Shown: positions 39,191 to 50,989 of the stretch, in pieces
How the letters are laid out: each line of letters opens with the position of its first letter
How positions within the stretch are numbered: position 1 is the first letter of the stretch
NCBI RefSeq assembly: GCF_963921235.1
Contig: NC_086107.1
Span: 106,208,001-106,272,000, forward strand
DNA from: Mobula hypostoma
Taxonomy: Eukaryota
Direction: 5' to 3'
Length of the DNA stretch: 64,000 nucleotides
Translations under genes and position numbers: made by a program
Notes under the pieces: generated by a model
What the model was told of the DNA's origin: nothing
Database searches by the model: none
What the model saw: only the letters and a program-made list of their open reading frames with translations

Positions 39191-40310
39191 TAGCTAGAAG
39201 GTGATAGGTGAAGCCAAATGGGAGGGAAAGGTAAAAGCTGGAGAAGAAAGAATCTGATTGGGGAGGAGAATGGACCATAGGAGAAGGGGAAGAAGGGGAC
39301 CCGGTGATAGGTAGGTGAGGAGAGGTAAAAGGTCAGAGTGGGGAACAGAAGAAGAGGGGAGGGATAAAAGATTTTCCTGAAGGAGAAATTAATATTTATG
39401 CCATCAGGTAGGAGCTTTCCCAGATGGAATATAAGGTGTTGCCTCTCCACCCTGAAGGTAGTCTCAGCTTGGCACAAGAGCAGGTCATGGGCCAACATCT
39501 CAGAATGGGAATGGGAATTGGAATTAAAATGTTTGGCCATCGGGAAGTTCTGCATTTGATGGATGGAGCGGAGTTGTTTGATGAAGCGGTCCCCCAATTT
39601 ACGACAGGTCTCACCAATGTAGAGAAGGCTGCATCGGGGGCACCAGACACATTAGATGACCCCAGCAGGTTCACAGGTGAAGTGTTCCCTCACCTGGAAG
39701 GACTATTTGGGGGTCCTGAATGCAGGTGAGGGAGGAGATGAACGGGCAGGTGTGGTACTTGGGCCACTTGCAGGGGTAAGTGCTGGGAGGGAGGTTAGTG
39801 GGGTGGGTCAAACGGATAAGGGAATTGCAGAGGGAGCAACCCCTGTGAAAAGCAGAGGGTGGGGTGGGGGGGGGAGGTAAAATACGTTTAGTGGTAGTAT
39901 CCTTTTGGAGATTCCAAATGTTGCAGAAGATGATGTGTTGGATGTAGAGGCTCATGGGGTAAGGACAAGAGGAACTCAATCCCTGTTACGGTGGCAGGAA
40001 GATGGATGAGCACAGATGTTTGAGAAATGGAGAAGAAGATGAGAAGCGGGTCAGAACAGCATCAATAGTGGAGGAAGGGAAACCCCATTCTTTGAAGAAG
40101 GAAGACATCTCTGATATCCTGGAAAGGAAGGCAGCATTCTGGGGACAGATGCAGTGGAGGCAAAGGAAATGAGAAATAGGAATAGCATTTTTGTAGTAGG
40201 CATGCTGGGAAGAGGTATCGTCAAGATAACCTTGGGAATCGGTGGGTTTATAAAAGATGTCGGTTGTCAGTTTGTCTCCAGAGATGGAGTCAGATTGAGA
40301 AAGGGAAGCT
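39190..40310 (-). mobile_element. Penelope-like element fragment (RT-thumb end, Cys linker, GIY-YIG), tail-to-tail with the previous copy
   Basis: LQKDTTTKRILP...TYPCKWPKYHTCPFISS and GDRFIKQLRSI...AKHFNS...QHLIFHLGKLLPDGINI. Confidence 0.85.
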
Positions 40311-40829
40311 GCCAGTGGTTTTGATCTTTAGAGCATATTTCCTGCTTGAAAAAGGAATCTCCCTTTTATTCTGAATGCAGTGATCAAAGGAAGGCATTCA
40401 GACCTGGGTACTGATTAGCTTACTGAGGTTCTGCTCCCTGTGATTGTCAGGGGATCGTTCCAATATGTATGGGATTGTTCTGTCCAGCCATCTGTCCTTT
40501 AGCATTCGCCCATTGTCCTTTCACCTATATATCAAGAGCAATACTCACAAAATGCTGGAGGAACTCAACAGGTCCCCGATGAAGGGTCTCAACCCAAAAC
40601 ACCGACTGCTAATTCCCCTCCGTAAATGCTGTCTGAACTGCTGAGTTCCTCCAGCATTTTGTGTGTGTTGCTCAGGATTTCCAGCATCTGCAGGATCTCT
40701 TCAAAATTCACAGTAAATTAATTACCCAAGTACGTATGTCAACATGCAGAAAACAAAGAAATATAACAGAGTCAAAGGGAAAAATGCACACAGACTGACA
40801 AACCACCAATGTACAAAAGTCAAACTGTG

Positions 40830-41050
40830 TAAATAAAAATAGATAGATAGATGCATTGATTAATTGGTCGGTAGATAGCTAGATATATAAATAAATAATA
40901 AATACATAAACACAAAGATAGATAGATAAATATATTTAAATAAATACACTATAACCAAACAGGTAAATAATTTTAAATAAATGAACAGACGAATAAATAA
41001 ATGAACAGACGAATAAATAAATCAATGCAAATAAATAAATCGATGCATTG
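40830..41050. repeat. AAAT/AGAT-rich microsatellite tract
   Basis: Runs of ATAG and AAAT, and a duplicated 20-mer ATGAACAGACGAATAAATAA. Confidence 0.85.
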
Positions 41051-41754
41051 GTTAACTTAAAAAAAACGAGTGGTTTGTGATTACCTACATATCAAGCAGG
41101 TCATCATTTGAACCTGGGAGTGAGTGTGTAAACGAGTCTAATTCTTTACAGAGCTTACACAGAAAGATGGGCCGAATGCTAGAGACTGTAACACTGGATG
41201 ATTCCCGTTCCCTAATCCAGGGTAATTGAGACGACTGCCTTCAGGACTACTAACCGATCAATTTCCCAACATTCACCCCACGATCTCTATCCGCAGCTTG
41301 TTAATTAAATTGGACTGCGACGGGAGGGCGGCGGTGGTGGTCTGGGTTCGATTATATTTGTAATCTGCTGTCAAACGTCAGGGGTTGAGAACGGGGCAGG
41401 TGACCGGGAGACAAACTGAAGAAGAGTGAGCGATAGATTTCAAGGGACGCTGTCGCTTCCGCCCTGTTACTGTGCGAGTGCCAGCGATCGTCATTTATTG
41501 AGCTTAATAACATCCACTAACGCTGTAAGAACTGGAGCGCACCGCATATCAGCCCCGGCTCCAGCAGTTTCAACAGGTCCCTGATGAACTGCACGCAGCC
41601 TGGAAGAAAGGGACGGCTGGCGAATCATCTAGAATACAGCATAGAACTGTGGACTTCCAATTCTGGTTGTTTTGCAATGCACCGGCATCTGTTGAGATTG
41701 CAACGTGTACAACCGTGCATTGTAAGCCTTTCCGAATATAAACTGTTGCTGCAC

Positions 41755-42008
41755 TCACACGCGTGTTTGTGTGTCTGTCTGTCTGTCCGTCTGTGCGCGT
41801 ATCGGCGTGCGTTTCTGTCTGTGCTTACTGCGTACGCATGTGTATGTGAGAGTATTTATGTGTTAATGTGTGAGAACGTGAGAGTGTGCGTTTACGTGTG
41901 AGATATTGGACATGGTGTGAGTGTTTCTGTGTGTATAAAGAAGAGAGTGCATGTTTGAGCATGCGTGTGTCCGTGTGTATGTGTGTGTCCGTGTCCGTGT
42001 GTATGTGG
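41755..42008. repeat. Degenerate (GT)n tract just inside NPTXR intron 1
   Basis: Alternating purine-pyrimidine sequence adjacent to the splice donor. Confidence 0.8.
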
Positions 42009-42029
42009 CTACACGGTAACACCACTCAC

Positions 42030-42665
42030 CTCCAGATTTTCAATGCTGTCCTTCAGGGAGTGGATGGTCTGCTCCAGATCTAACACTGTCCAGTCAGATT
42101 CCTCGGTCCCATCTTCCAAACTGTTTCTCCCAAGGTCCCATGCGTATTCCTCGGGATTATTTTGAAAGAAGCTCAGTTCCTGGCCATTCTCACATTGGCT
42201 GAGTTTGCTGGTCAGTTCCCTGATGGTCTGCTGGTCGCTGGCGATCTGTTTCTCCTGCTGGATGACCATCTGGCGGAGGTGGTCAGCCGTACTCCTCAGC
42301 AGCAGCAGATCCTCCCGGATCGAAGGGGAAGGGCAATCCTGAGCCAAAGGCAGACAGAGGAAGCGACTGGCAGTGCCAATAAATGAATCCGAACCATATC
42401 CAAGCCTAGAGCTCACAGAAGCTTTGCCAGCACCAGGATCAATGGCAGTGCCTTGGCTTGGGGTAGGTGCGGGAATGCCGGCTCTCCCTGTATCAGCACC
42501 GCGGGCAGCTCCAGCGCCGCTCTGGGTTGCAAGCAATGCTCCGGCTTCATTTTCAGCACCAGGGACAGATCCCGGAGAACCAGGGGCGATGCTTGCAATG
42601 ATGCAGATCACTGCACCTAGAAATGCAAGCATCCCTGCCCCTAGCAGGATGGTTAGATACTTCAG
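42030..42665 (-). CDS. NPTXR: Neuronal pentraxin receptor, coding exon 1 (212 codons, CUG start, phase-0 donor)
   Basis: (CTG)KYLTILLGAGMLAFLGAVICIIAS...SRFLCLPLAQDCP...REDLLLLRSTADHLRQ..QQEKQIASDQQTIRELTSKLSQCE...LEQTIHSLKDSIENLE matches the mammalian NPTXR N-terminus (MKFLAVLLAAGMLAFLGAVICIIAS...SRFLCTPL...DQDTIRELTGKLGRCE). Donor GAG/GTGAGT at 42030/42029. Confidence 0.95.
42492..42512 (+). promoter_or_regulatory. RE1/NRSE (REST site), exonic
   Basis: ATCAGCACC-GC-GGGCAG-CTCC versus consensus TTCAGCACCnnGGACAGCGCC. Confidence 0.7.
42552..42572 (+). promoter_or_regulatory. RE1/NRSE (REST site), exonic
   Basis: TTCAGCACC-AG-GGACAG-ATCC: both half-site cores are perfect, with the canonical 2-bp spacer. 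Confidence 0.85.
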
Positions 42666-42795
42666 GGTGACGGAGTTTGTGCAACAAGAACCCGAGAAAG
42701 AATCAAGTTAAAATTAAAAACAGAAATCCGCAGCTTCGGAGACCGAGGTGGGATCCTGCCGGATAGCAAGTGCAGTGGCAATCCCTTACAATCAT

Positions 42796-42824
42796 CTGTC
42801 AATCACAGCCCCTCGAAGACGTCA
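42796..42824 (-). promoter_or_regulatory. Candidate NPTXR proximal motifs: PBX-MEIS/PREP decamer and a CRE-like site
   Basis: TGATTGACAG at 42805-42796 and TGACGTCT at 42824-42817, within a CpG-rich repeat-free region. Confidence 0.5.
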
Positions 42825-44174
42825 TTGATTCCCGGAGGAGCGACCCACATTCTTAAAAGGGAATTCTTTTCGGTTAACAATAATCCTTAAACGGGCAACG
42901 CATCTCGGGTCCAATTGTCTGGGGAAAAAAATGCGTGAGTGTATAGCATTTCGGCAACATGTTTCAAAATGAAATTTGCATTGGAAACAGGCTCCAGGAG
43001 GAATTGGAGGGAAACGGCCTGCGGCTGAAAGGGTGGTTAGGAAGACGAGGGGCGGTAGGAAGCTCGTTAGGAGCATAAACACCCTGCTCGCAGTTGTCAT
43101 GCATAATAAATCTGACACCGTGCTGAAAACTCTATAATTCTGTGAATGATAACCTCTCTGTTTCTGTTGTTTACTGAAAAAAAACCAAAAGGTCCGCGAC
43201 TTCTGTCTGCTGGGAAATCACGAACAGGACCGTGTACTATTTATCTCCAAATAATTATTTGAATTTCCACAATACACCACCTCAGGGATATTTTGTAACA
43301 ACATACAGTGTGTTATTTTATTTCTAAAACGGAACATGAACTCCCCAAACATTATTCCATTCATTACAGATTTAATATTTATGATGGAAGTGTTTTGCTG
43401 TGGGATTTAATTTTCTTTCAGAAAAGGCTCATGTAGCATAGAGAAACAGAGAATCCTGGAGAACATTAGCAAGGCAGGCAGGAACAAGAAGAGTGAATCT
43501 AGATTAGTGTTTCATGTCAGCCCGCACAGATCAAAGGTCATTGACCGGAAACTTCTGGCCTCATTCTCTCTCCACAGGAGCCGCCTGGCTTGATGAGTGT
43601 CACGGCCGTTTTCTGCTCCATTTCCAAAGTCCAATACTTGTAGCATGGAGATTTTGATCGGGAAATAGACAAGAGGTTATGGTAAAACTCAGCTCAGTTC
43701 CCCATCTGAGGTGAATAGAGCGAGGGATAGCACTCAAAATGAGTGGAATAAGGAGACACCTATGTCCCAAGCAAAGCCAGCTACCACTGGGAGGAATTAA
43801 ATTAAAAAAAACCCGAATACCCATGGTGGAAGACAGTGTAGTGAAGAGGTTTCTAGGGATTCTTTTAAGGCAGAAAATACAGGGGGTTTCGAGAGGCTGT
43901 TCAACTCTTTTCCCTCATTGGCGGACAAATCTTCCAGTCGGAATGTGGAGATCCATCCTGCTTTCAGGTGGGGCGCTATAGTTTGCCTGTTACTTCCTGA
44001 GACAAGCATGGGAGAGTACTGCTCTACTTAATGTGTGTCCTTATAAGCACTAGAGTGCACATGAGTGTGTGTGTTGATTAATCAGTGCAATGAATGGATT
44101 AGCATGCCTACCAGCTGCAATGCCTGTGGATGAGTTTGCCGCCTAAGCATGAGTGTGAGCAATGCGTATGATTA

Positions 44175-44480
44175 TGGACACAAGAGATCCTGCAGATGCT
44201 GGAAATCTGGAGCAATGGGCACAAAACGCTGGTGGAGCTCCGCAGCCAGACTGCATCTATGGAAAGGAATAAACAGTCAATGTTTTGGGCCAAGACCTTT
44301 CATCAGGACTGGAAAGAAAGGGGGAGGTGCCCAAATATGCAAGCATAGGAGGACAAGCTAGAAGGTGAAAGGCAAAGCAAGATGGGTGGGGGAGGGGTGA
44401 AGTGTGAAGCTGGGAGGTGATAAGTGGAAAATTCAAAGGGCTGGAGAAGAAGGAATCTGATAGGAGAGGAGAGAGTGAGA
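44175..44480 (-). mobile_element. Penelope-like 3' fragment
   Basis: Same terminal sequence as the other copies. Hammerhead at about 44274-44311 with GAAA decayed to AAAA. Confidence 0.75.
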
Positions 44481-44489
44481 GTGAAGTGT

Positions 44490-44970
44490 ATGGATCAAGG
44501 ATCAACTCTATTTGCCATATATATTTGCATGTATTAGGAATTTGTTGTGGTGTACTGGTGTGACATGCAACAGAAAACAACAACCTTCAACAATTACACA
44601 GAATAAAGAATTACTAGAATAAAGCTAAAAGCACAGATATAGAATAAAATATCCATAAATACATAAATACCAGCATTTATTTACAATGTAAACAGCATCA
44701 TAAAAAGTGGTTTAAAGTATTTACAGTGCAGTGATTGAGGTAATAGACAGGGGGGTGGGGGTAACTAGAATGGTTGATTAGTTTAACTGCATAGGGGGTA
44801 GAAACTTTTAAGATGGCATGAAGTGTTTGTTTTAATAGACCTACAGTGCTTTCCAGAAAGCTTTTGAAAATGTAGTTTGCTTTGTAGGTAATATTTACAA
44901 TGATTTTTTTTCCTGCCCACTTCTTTGTCCTGGACACGTACAAGTCCTGCAGTGATGGGAGACTGCAGAC
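44490..44970 (-). mobile_element. Rex1/Babar-like LINE 3' fragment
   Basis: HCRSIKTNTSCHLKSFYP motif and a CTTGATC tail. Confidence 0.6.
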
Positions 44971-44989
44971 AATTACCTTTTCTGCTGGT

Positions 44990-45510
44990 GCAGGAGGTAC
45001 CTAATAAGGTGGCCACTCAGAGTATGTTCGTGGTCCTCTGTTCCTGTAGCCCATCCAATTCAAGGTTTGATGTGTTGTGCATTCAGAGGTGCTCTTCTGC
45101 ACACCACTGTTGTTATTAGAGTTACCATCGCCTTCCTGTCAGCTTGAAACAGTCTGGTCATTCTCCTCTGACCTATCTCATTAACAAAGTGTTCTTCCCC
45201 ACAGAACTGTTGCTCGCTGGATGTTGCACACCATTCTCTGTAAACTCAAGCGACTGTTGTACGTGAAAATCCCGGGAGATCAGCGTCTGGAATACTCAAA
45301 TCACCCCAGCTGGCACCAGCAATCATTCCAGGGTCAAAGTCACTTAGATCGCATTTCTTCCCCATTCTGATATTTGGTCTGAACAAACAATTGAACCTCT
45401 TGACTATGTCTGCATGTTTTTATGAATTGAGTTGTTCTACGATTGGCTGATTAGATATTGGTATTAATAAACAAATGTATAGATGTATCTAATAAAGTGG
45501 CCACTAAGTG
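44990..45510 (-). mobile_element. Tc1-family deletion derivative
   Basis: Homologous to the other Tc1 copies; TIR CTAATAAAGTGGCCACTAAGTG. Confidence 0.85.
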
Positions 45511-47506
45511 TATATGTGTATACTTCAGTACCTATAAGTGTATATGAGTGCTTCTGGGTCTTTCAAGAGAGGTCAACAGTGGTCGAATAGGCTGCCAATA
45601 CTTGCTAACCACACCTCTAAGTGAAAGGTGGCTACTTGGGGTCAACAACTCTGGAATTGTGCAACAATTCATTCTAGGAAACACAAAAGGGCCAAGGTGT
45701 GTGAGGGGAAATTAGCATTTGGCGCTCCTCCCAAACACTAGAGAGGCTTCCCCTTAGCTTTTGATGCTGGCGAACTTTATAATTACCATCATGTACCCAT
45801 TGAAAGTCAGTGACAAACTGCAGCGCCAGGAGAGACAGCTCAGGTTCTTCTAACAATATAGTATTTGACAGCCTTGCAATCTTGTTCAATAAAGCCAGGC
45901 GGCCACACAAATCCATTAAATCGAATTGTATTCCTATCACATGTTTAACTGCACAAGCAGTGAAAGACTGTGTCTCCTACAGCACAGTCAGGATGGATCA
46001 TCTGGGGAAATATACAAACAGGTTACTGGTGATACGCCTGTCAGAAAGTACTAGCAGAGTAAATGTGGTTGTCATAGCCAATCAGTTTCCCAAGGGGTCT
46101 TACATGGACTTCTGTAGATGCCCTGGACGGCGTTCCCCTCTACCCACATCATTAAAGCAGACAATGTGACACTGTCACTTTGCTGTTCGTGACAGAAGTG
46201 TGCAAATTTGCCCTGACGTTTCCCACACAGGTTGAACTTCCAAACTTGTGCCCATGGAAGGGGCTATAGATAAGCAGGTGTTCTTTCTTCTGTAGCCTGT
46301 GGAAGCTGACTGTACACACACTGACCGTTGCATTTACCTGAACATCAACAGTCAGTGGTACAGAGGAAACTAACTGGGTGGACCATATTGACATTATTTG
46401 TCAACATGACCACTTACTTAAAGCTCAGATGATTAATTGGCTTGGTGATGTTGAGGCTGGCAGATTTTCCAGACTGTTAGATGTTACTCTTATTAATATA
46501 CTAACATATTTTAATTTCATTTAGCTTTACATGTTCCACACTGTTTGGTCATTCATTACGTGCTGTGTTGTATGACGTGGGCGATCATGGGCTTTCCACG
46601 ACCATGATTGTTCTTGGCAAAATTTTTCTACAGAAGTGGTTTGCCATTGCCTTCTTCTGGGCAGTGTCTTTACAAGGTGGGTGACCCCAGCCATTACCAA
46701 TACTCTTCAGAGATTCTCTGCCTGGCATCAGTGGTTGCATAACCAGAATTTGTGATATAGAAACATAGAAAACATACAGCACAATACAGGCCCTTTGGCC
46801 CACAAAGCTGTGCCGAACATGTCCCTACCTTAGCCATAAATGAGCTCTTAGCTTAACCTAATTCCCAGTTTTGGTCCATTATTTTGTTAGTTTTTAACAT
46901 GTCAGTGCATACCCAGCTACTTTTCAACCACTACAAGCTAGTTAAAACTGTAACACTACATCCTGCCTTCAATTATGCACCAGCTGCTCATACGACCATC
47001 CACCACCTGCTCCCACGGCTTCACGTGACCCTGGTCATTGGGTGGGGAGGTGTGCTAAGCAGTGTGCTAAGCACCTTGCCCAAGGGTGACCTGCAGGCTA
47101 GTGGAGGGAGGGAGAACCTTTCACCTCCTTTGGTAGAGACGTATCTCCACCTCGCCACCCATACATGTCCCACCATAGTTCAATAAATCTTCTGATGAGC
47201 TTAAAGGGAGGCAGAAAGAAAAATACAAAGACACCAGCTGCCAGCACCAGGGAGCGGTATATTCACCTGCTTTCCCGACCCCAGATGCTCTGAGCCCAAC
47301 CCCACCTGCAGACACATACCCCAGCACACAGTGCAGACTCCAAACCCAGCCCTGGCTGGACTTCAGACCCCTATCTATGGTTGAACAGCCTATTTCACTC
47401 TGGACAACCCCCCCCCCCACCCCCCAGTTCCCATTCCACACTAATGAGTGAGATATCTCTACAGTGAGTTGCCTGAATCTTGGAATTTTACCGCTGGGAT
47501 ATACAC

Positions 47507-48410
47507 ACACTGGCCGTACTATTAGATATCCCCTGTACTTGATAAAGTGGCCACTGAGTGTATGCTCACGACCTTCTGCTGTTGTAGCCTATCCACTTCA
47601 AGGTTTGAAATGTCCATTCAGAGGTGCTCTTCTGCACACCACTGTTGTAATGGGTGACTATCTGAGTAACTGTCACCTTCCTGTCAGCTTGAACCAGTCT
47701 GGCCATTCTCCTCTGACCTCTCTCATCAGCAAGGCAATTTCACCCACAGATCTGCCACTCACTGGATTTTTTTTTTGTTTTTCACACCATTCTCGATAAA
47801 CTCCAAAGACTCTTGTGCATGAAAATTCCAGGATACCAGCAGTGTCTGAGATACTCAAACTGCTCCATCTGGCACCAACAGTCATTCCACGGTCAAAGTT
47901 ACTTAGATCACATTTCTTCCCCATCCTGATGTTTGGTCTGAGCAACAACTGAACCTCTTGACCATGTTTGCATGCTTTTATGCATTCAGTAGCTGCCACA
48001 TGATTGGCTGATTAGATATTTGCATTAACGAGCAGGTGTACAGGTGTACTGAGCAGCGTTCCCTCCAAGGTGTGTGAGCCCAGACATCTTTTGCTATTGG
48101 CACACAAAGGAATTAAAACTGCGCACAAAAGATTGTCACCCTCTACCTCGTTGGCATGTTAAGTATATTTCACAATCACATTTCCTTTCACGGTTTCCGG
48201 TGCAGACGGTGTTGACGAGGTGGAGTTTGCAAACGCTTTGTCGGCAGGTTTTAGAACCGGCAGATTTTATACTGCTTTTATTGAAGAAATTATTCAGTGC
48301 GTACATGTTGTTGTCACCAGCCAAAAGATTGTAGAGGGCAAGATTTTTGCGAATACTGGCCATTACAATTTAGGGGGAAAAGTGGTACTTCATAAAGTGG
48401 GCACAGAGTG
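47507..48410 (-). mobile_element. Tc1-family deletion derivative with a hAT-like insert in its terminus
   Basis: ORF 47673..47999 MGKKCDLSNFDRGMTVGARWSSLSISDTAGILEFS. Confidence 0.88.
48054..48384. mobile_element. hAT-like MITE
   Basis: Imperfect TIRs CAGCGTTCCCTCCAA / TTAGGGGGAAAAGTG. Degenerate 8-bp TSD GTACTGAG / GTACTTCA. It interrupts the Tc1 end. Confidence 0.6.
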
Positions 48411-49959
48411 TATAGTAGAGAGGCTGTCGTTGCAAGGGCTGGGAGAGGAGCGACTCGACCCAATGACTAATGCAAGGAACAAAATCAGCCCTCCCCTTGA
48501 CTAATCCTTGTGCTGAATGCTTCTTGCTTTCTCCATATGGGCTGCATAATAATGTGTGTGTGTGTGTGTGTGTGTGAGAACAGCTCTGATTCATTAGCTG
48601 TGACTGTACTCATTACTTGGCAGGGCATGTTGCGGTGCCCTTTAATAATTGCCTTGAGAAGGCAGTTGTGAGCCAGCAATGATGAAGACAGAGTGATACA
48701 CTGTGTGATTCATGGTGGGGTGTTTTCCATCTGCTCTTCCTAATCGCCAGAGGGTTGCTGAACTAGAAGCAATCACTGAAAGTGCCCTTTTGTCCGCGTC
48801 TTCCACCATCAACCCCATCAGTCCAGTCATCCTGCAATTTCCCAGGGGGGCAATTTCCTTCACAAACGCTCACAGCGGGCACAGCTAGGAGAGCTGCCTC
48901 ACCACTCCGCTGCAATGGGTTTAGGGGCTGTCTGTGTGGAGTTTGCCAGTCATTCCCTTAGCCTAGTCACAGGAGAATTCACCAATTAACCTACTAACCA
49001 GTACATCTTTGGACTGTGGGACGAAACCAGAGCGCTCAGAGGAACCCATGCAAAGAATGTACAGTACAAACTTTCTTACAGAAGACGCTGAAATTGAACT
49101 CTGAACCCCAGCACTCTGAGCGGTAATAGCATCACGCTAACCATAGCGTAGGGAGAATAAAAGAAATTGGATTTGTCTCGGAAAAGTGGAACTGGGCTGT
49201 TGATAGCTGGCAGGAATTCAACGGGCTGAAGGGCCTGTATCTTCACTGTATCTCCCTATTGTCCTTTCATCTGTCTCCAAGTTAAAATGGTAACCATGAC
49301 AACATAAGGTGAACAATTACCACAATGACCTTTTGACAGATAGAGCATTCATTGTGAAAACCCCCTGTTGAATTAATATCAGGGCTGACCCATTACCTTT
49401 TGTTGATTCAATACGTGTATTTCTGCTGTGAGGGTGACATTTTTCCTGCCTTTAAAGCCACCAGGTTACGTTACTGTAATTAAACAGCTCCCTATCTCCC
49501 TCTGCTCAGTAGCAGTTACTTCCTGAGTGTAAAAATGAAATAATTTATTTCTATCTCTCTTTATTAATAGCTCCTAATGTCAGGAAAGAAATTTGTAGAG
49601 CACTTGTCGCAACTTTAGGACGTCCCAAAGCAACTCACACCAGAAGAAGCTCTTTCTGAACCAACTACTCTGCTCAAATTAAATAAACCTCAGTGGGTCA
49701 GTAATGGGATTTAGCGGTGTCAAATGTAAAAGTCAGGGAAATTGTGGCCCATTCAGGTCTGGGTGCAGAGAAGGGATCTTGAGATGGTAGTGAGGCAGTC
49801 CATAAGACATAGGAGCAGAAGGTGGCCATTCAGCCCATCAAGTCTATGCTACCATGGCTGATTTATTATCCCTCTCAACCCCATTCTCCTGCCTTCTCCC
49901 TATAAACCTTGACCCTTACTAATCAAGAATATGTGAACCTACATATCAACCTACACTTT

Positions 49960-50383
49960 CTTTCTTCTGCCTGTTATATCACTGGAGTTTAGGGCAGCAA
50001 TGAAGGTCCTCCATCTCTGGTGGTGTTCAGAGCTTCCTTCATCATGCCTGTAGCTTCCTCTCGGTTTTCGCTGCTGTCAGTCATGCAAGTCCTGGGTGAA
50101 GACTCAGGAATACCGTTGCACTCAGATGTAGAAGGATTCTTCATTGCTGTTTCTGTAACAATTCTGTTTGACCAGTCAGAGTTGTTAGCCCTGAGCTGAA
50201 CCCCTGAACCGAACCCCTGAACCTGGAGGACCGGTGAACTGCTCTTACCCTCTACCCTTTGACTCATTTGGCATGACCCAAGAGCCAAAGCATAAAGTCC
50301 CGACTCCAGCTAACATAGTTCTCCAGGTCATTGAGGCTCGCAAGCCTCCAAACCCAATGACAAGGAAGTGGTCCTCTTAGAGA
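49960..50383 (-). mobile_element. Short RTE-like non-autonomous retroelement inserted in a CR1 3' end (CR1 about 49800-50480, minus strand)
   Basis: 12-bp TSD AACCTACACTTT (49948-49959, 50384-50395) and homology to 20929-21274. Confidence 0.7.
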
Positions 50384-50989
50384 AACCTACACTTTAAATA
50401 TACTAAATAATCTGGCCACCACAGCCATCTGTGGCAATGAATTCCCCAGATTCAACACCTTCTGGCTAAAGAAATTCCTTTAGGTCTTTTGAAGGATACT
50501 GTAGTCAATTTACTACCAAGACAGCACACGGCAAGGAATGGGAGTGGAGGAGGGATTGGAGATCTCAGGAGAGGGTGATCCAGGGATGAGAAAGAAGGTT
50601 ATTGCAACCAATTCTGTTGGTTGCAATATCAGTAATTATCAGAGGATGATATGAGACATGACAAGCCCCATTCAAGGAAGAACTCAGGGGAGAAAGATTA
50701 GTCAGTTTGACCCAAAAGCTGCAGTGAAGAAGGGTAAGTATAAGGGTAAGGGTATTACTTGTGACCTTGCTAAGGGCTGCTATAAAATTGTCATTAATAA
50801 TTTGCCTGCAGTGACTGTCTTCCTGTAAGATCTTCACATATTGTTAAACAGTTCTCTTCTAAGCTTATTTATCACTTTAAGTGTCTGGATAGTGTTTGAG
50901 CAGCACAGTTGCGTACTTCAAAACTTCGAAAAGTTATCAAAAGGAATAGCTATTGAAATAACTATAATAGATATTATGGGGAATATTAT

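Noticed and set aside
42009..42029. C-terminal VSGVTV* of the 207-aa ORF
   Set aside because: Intronic read-through past the GTGAGT donor.
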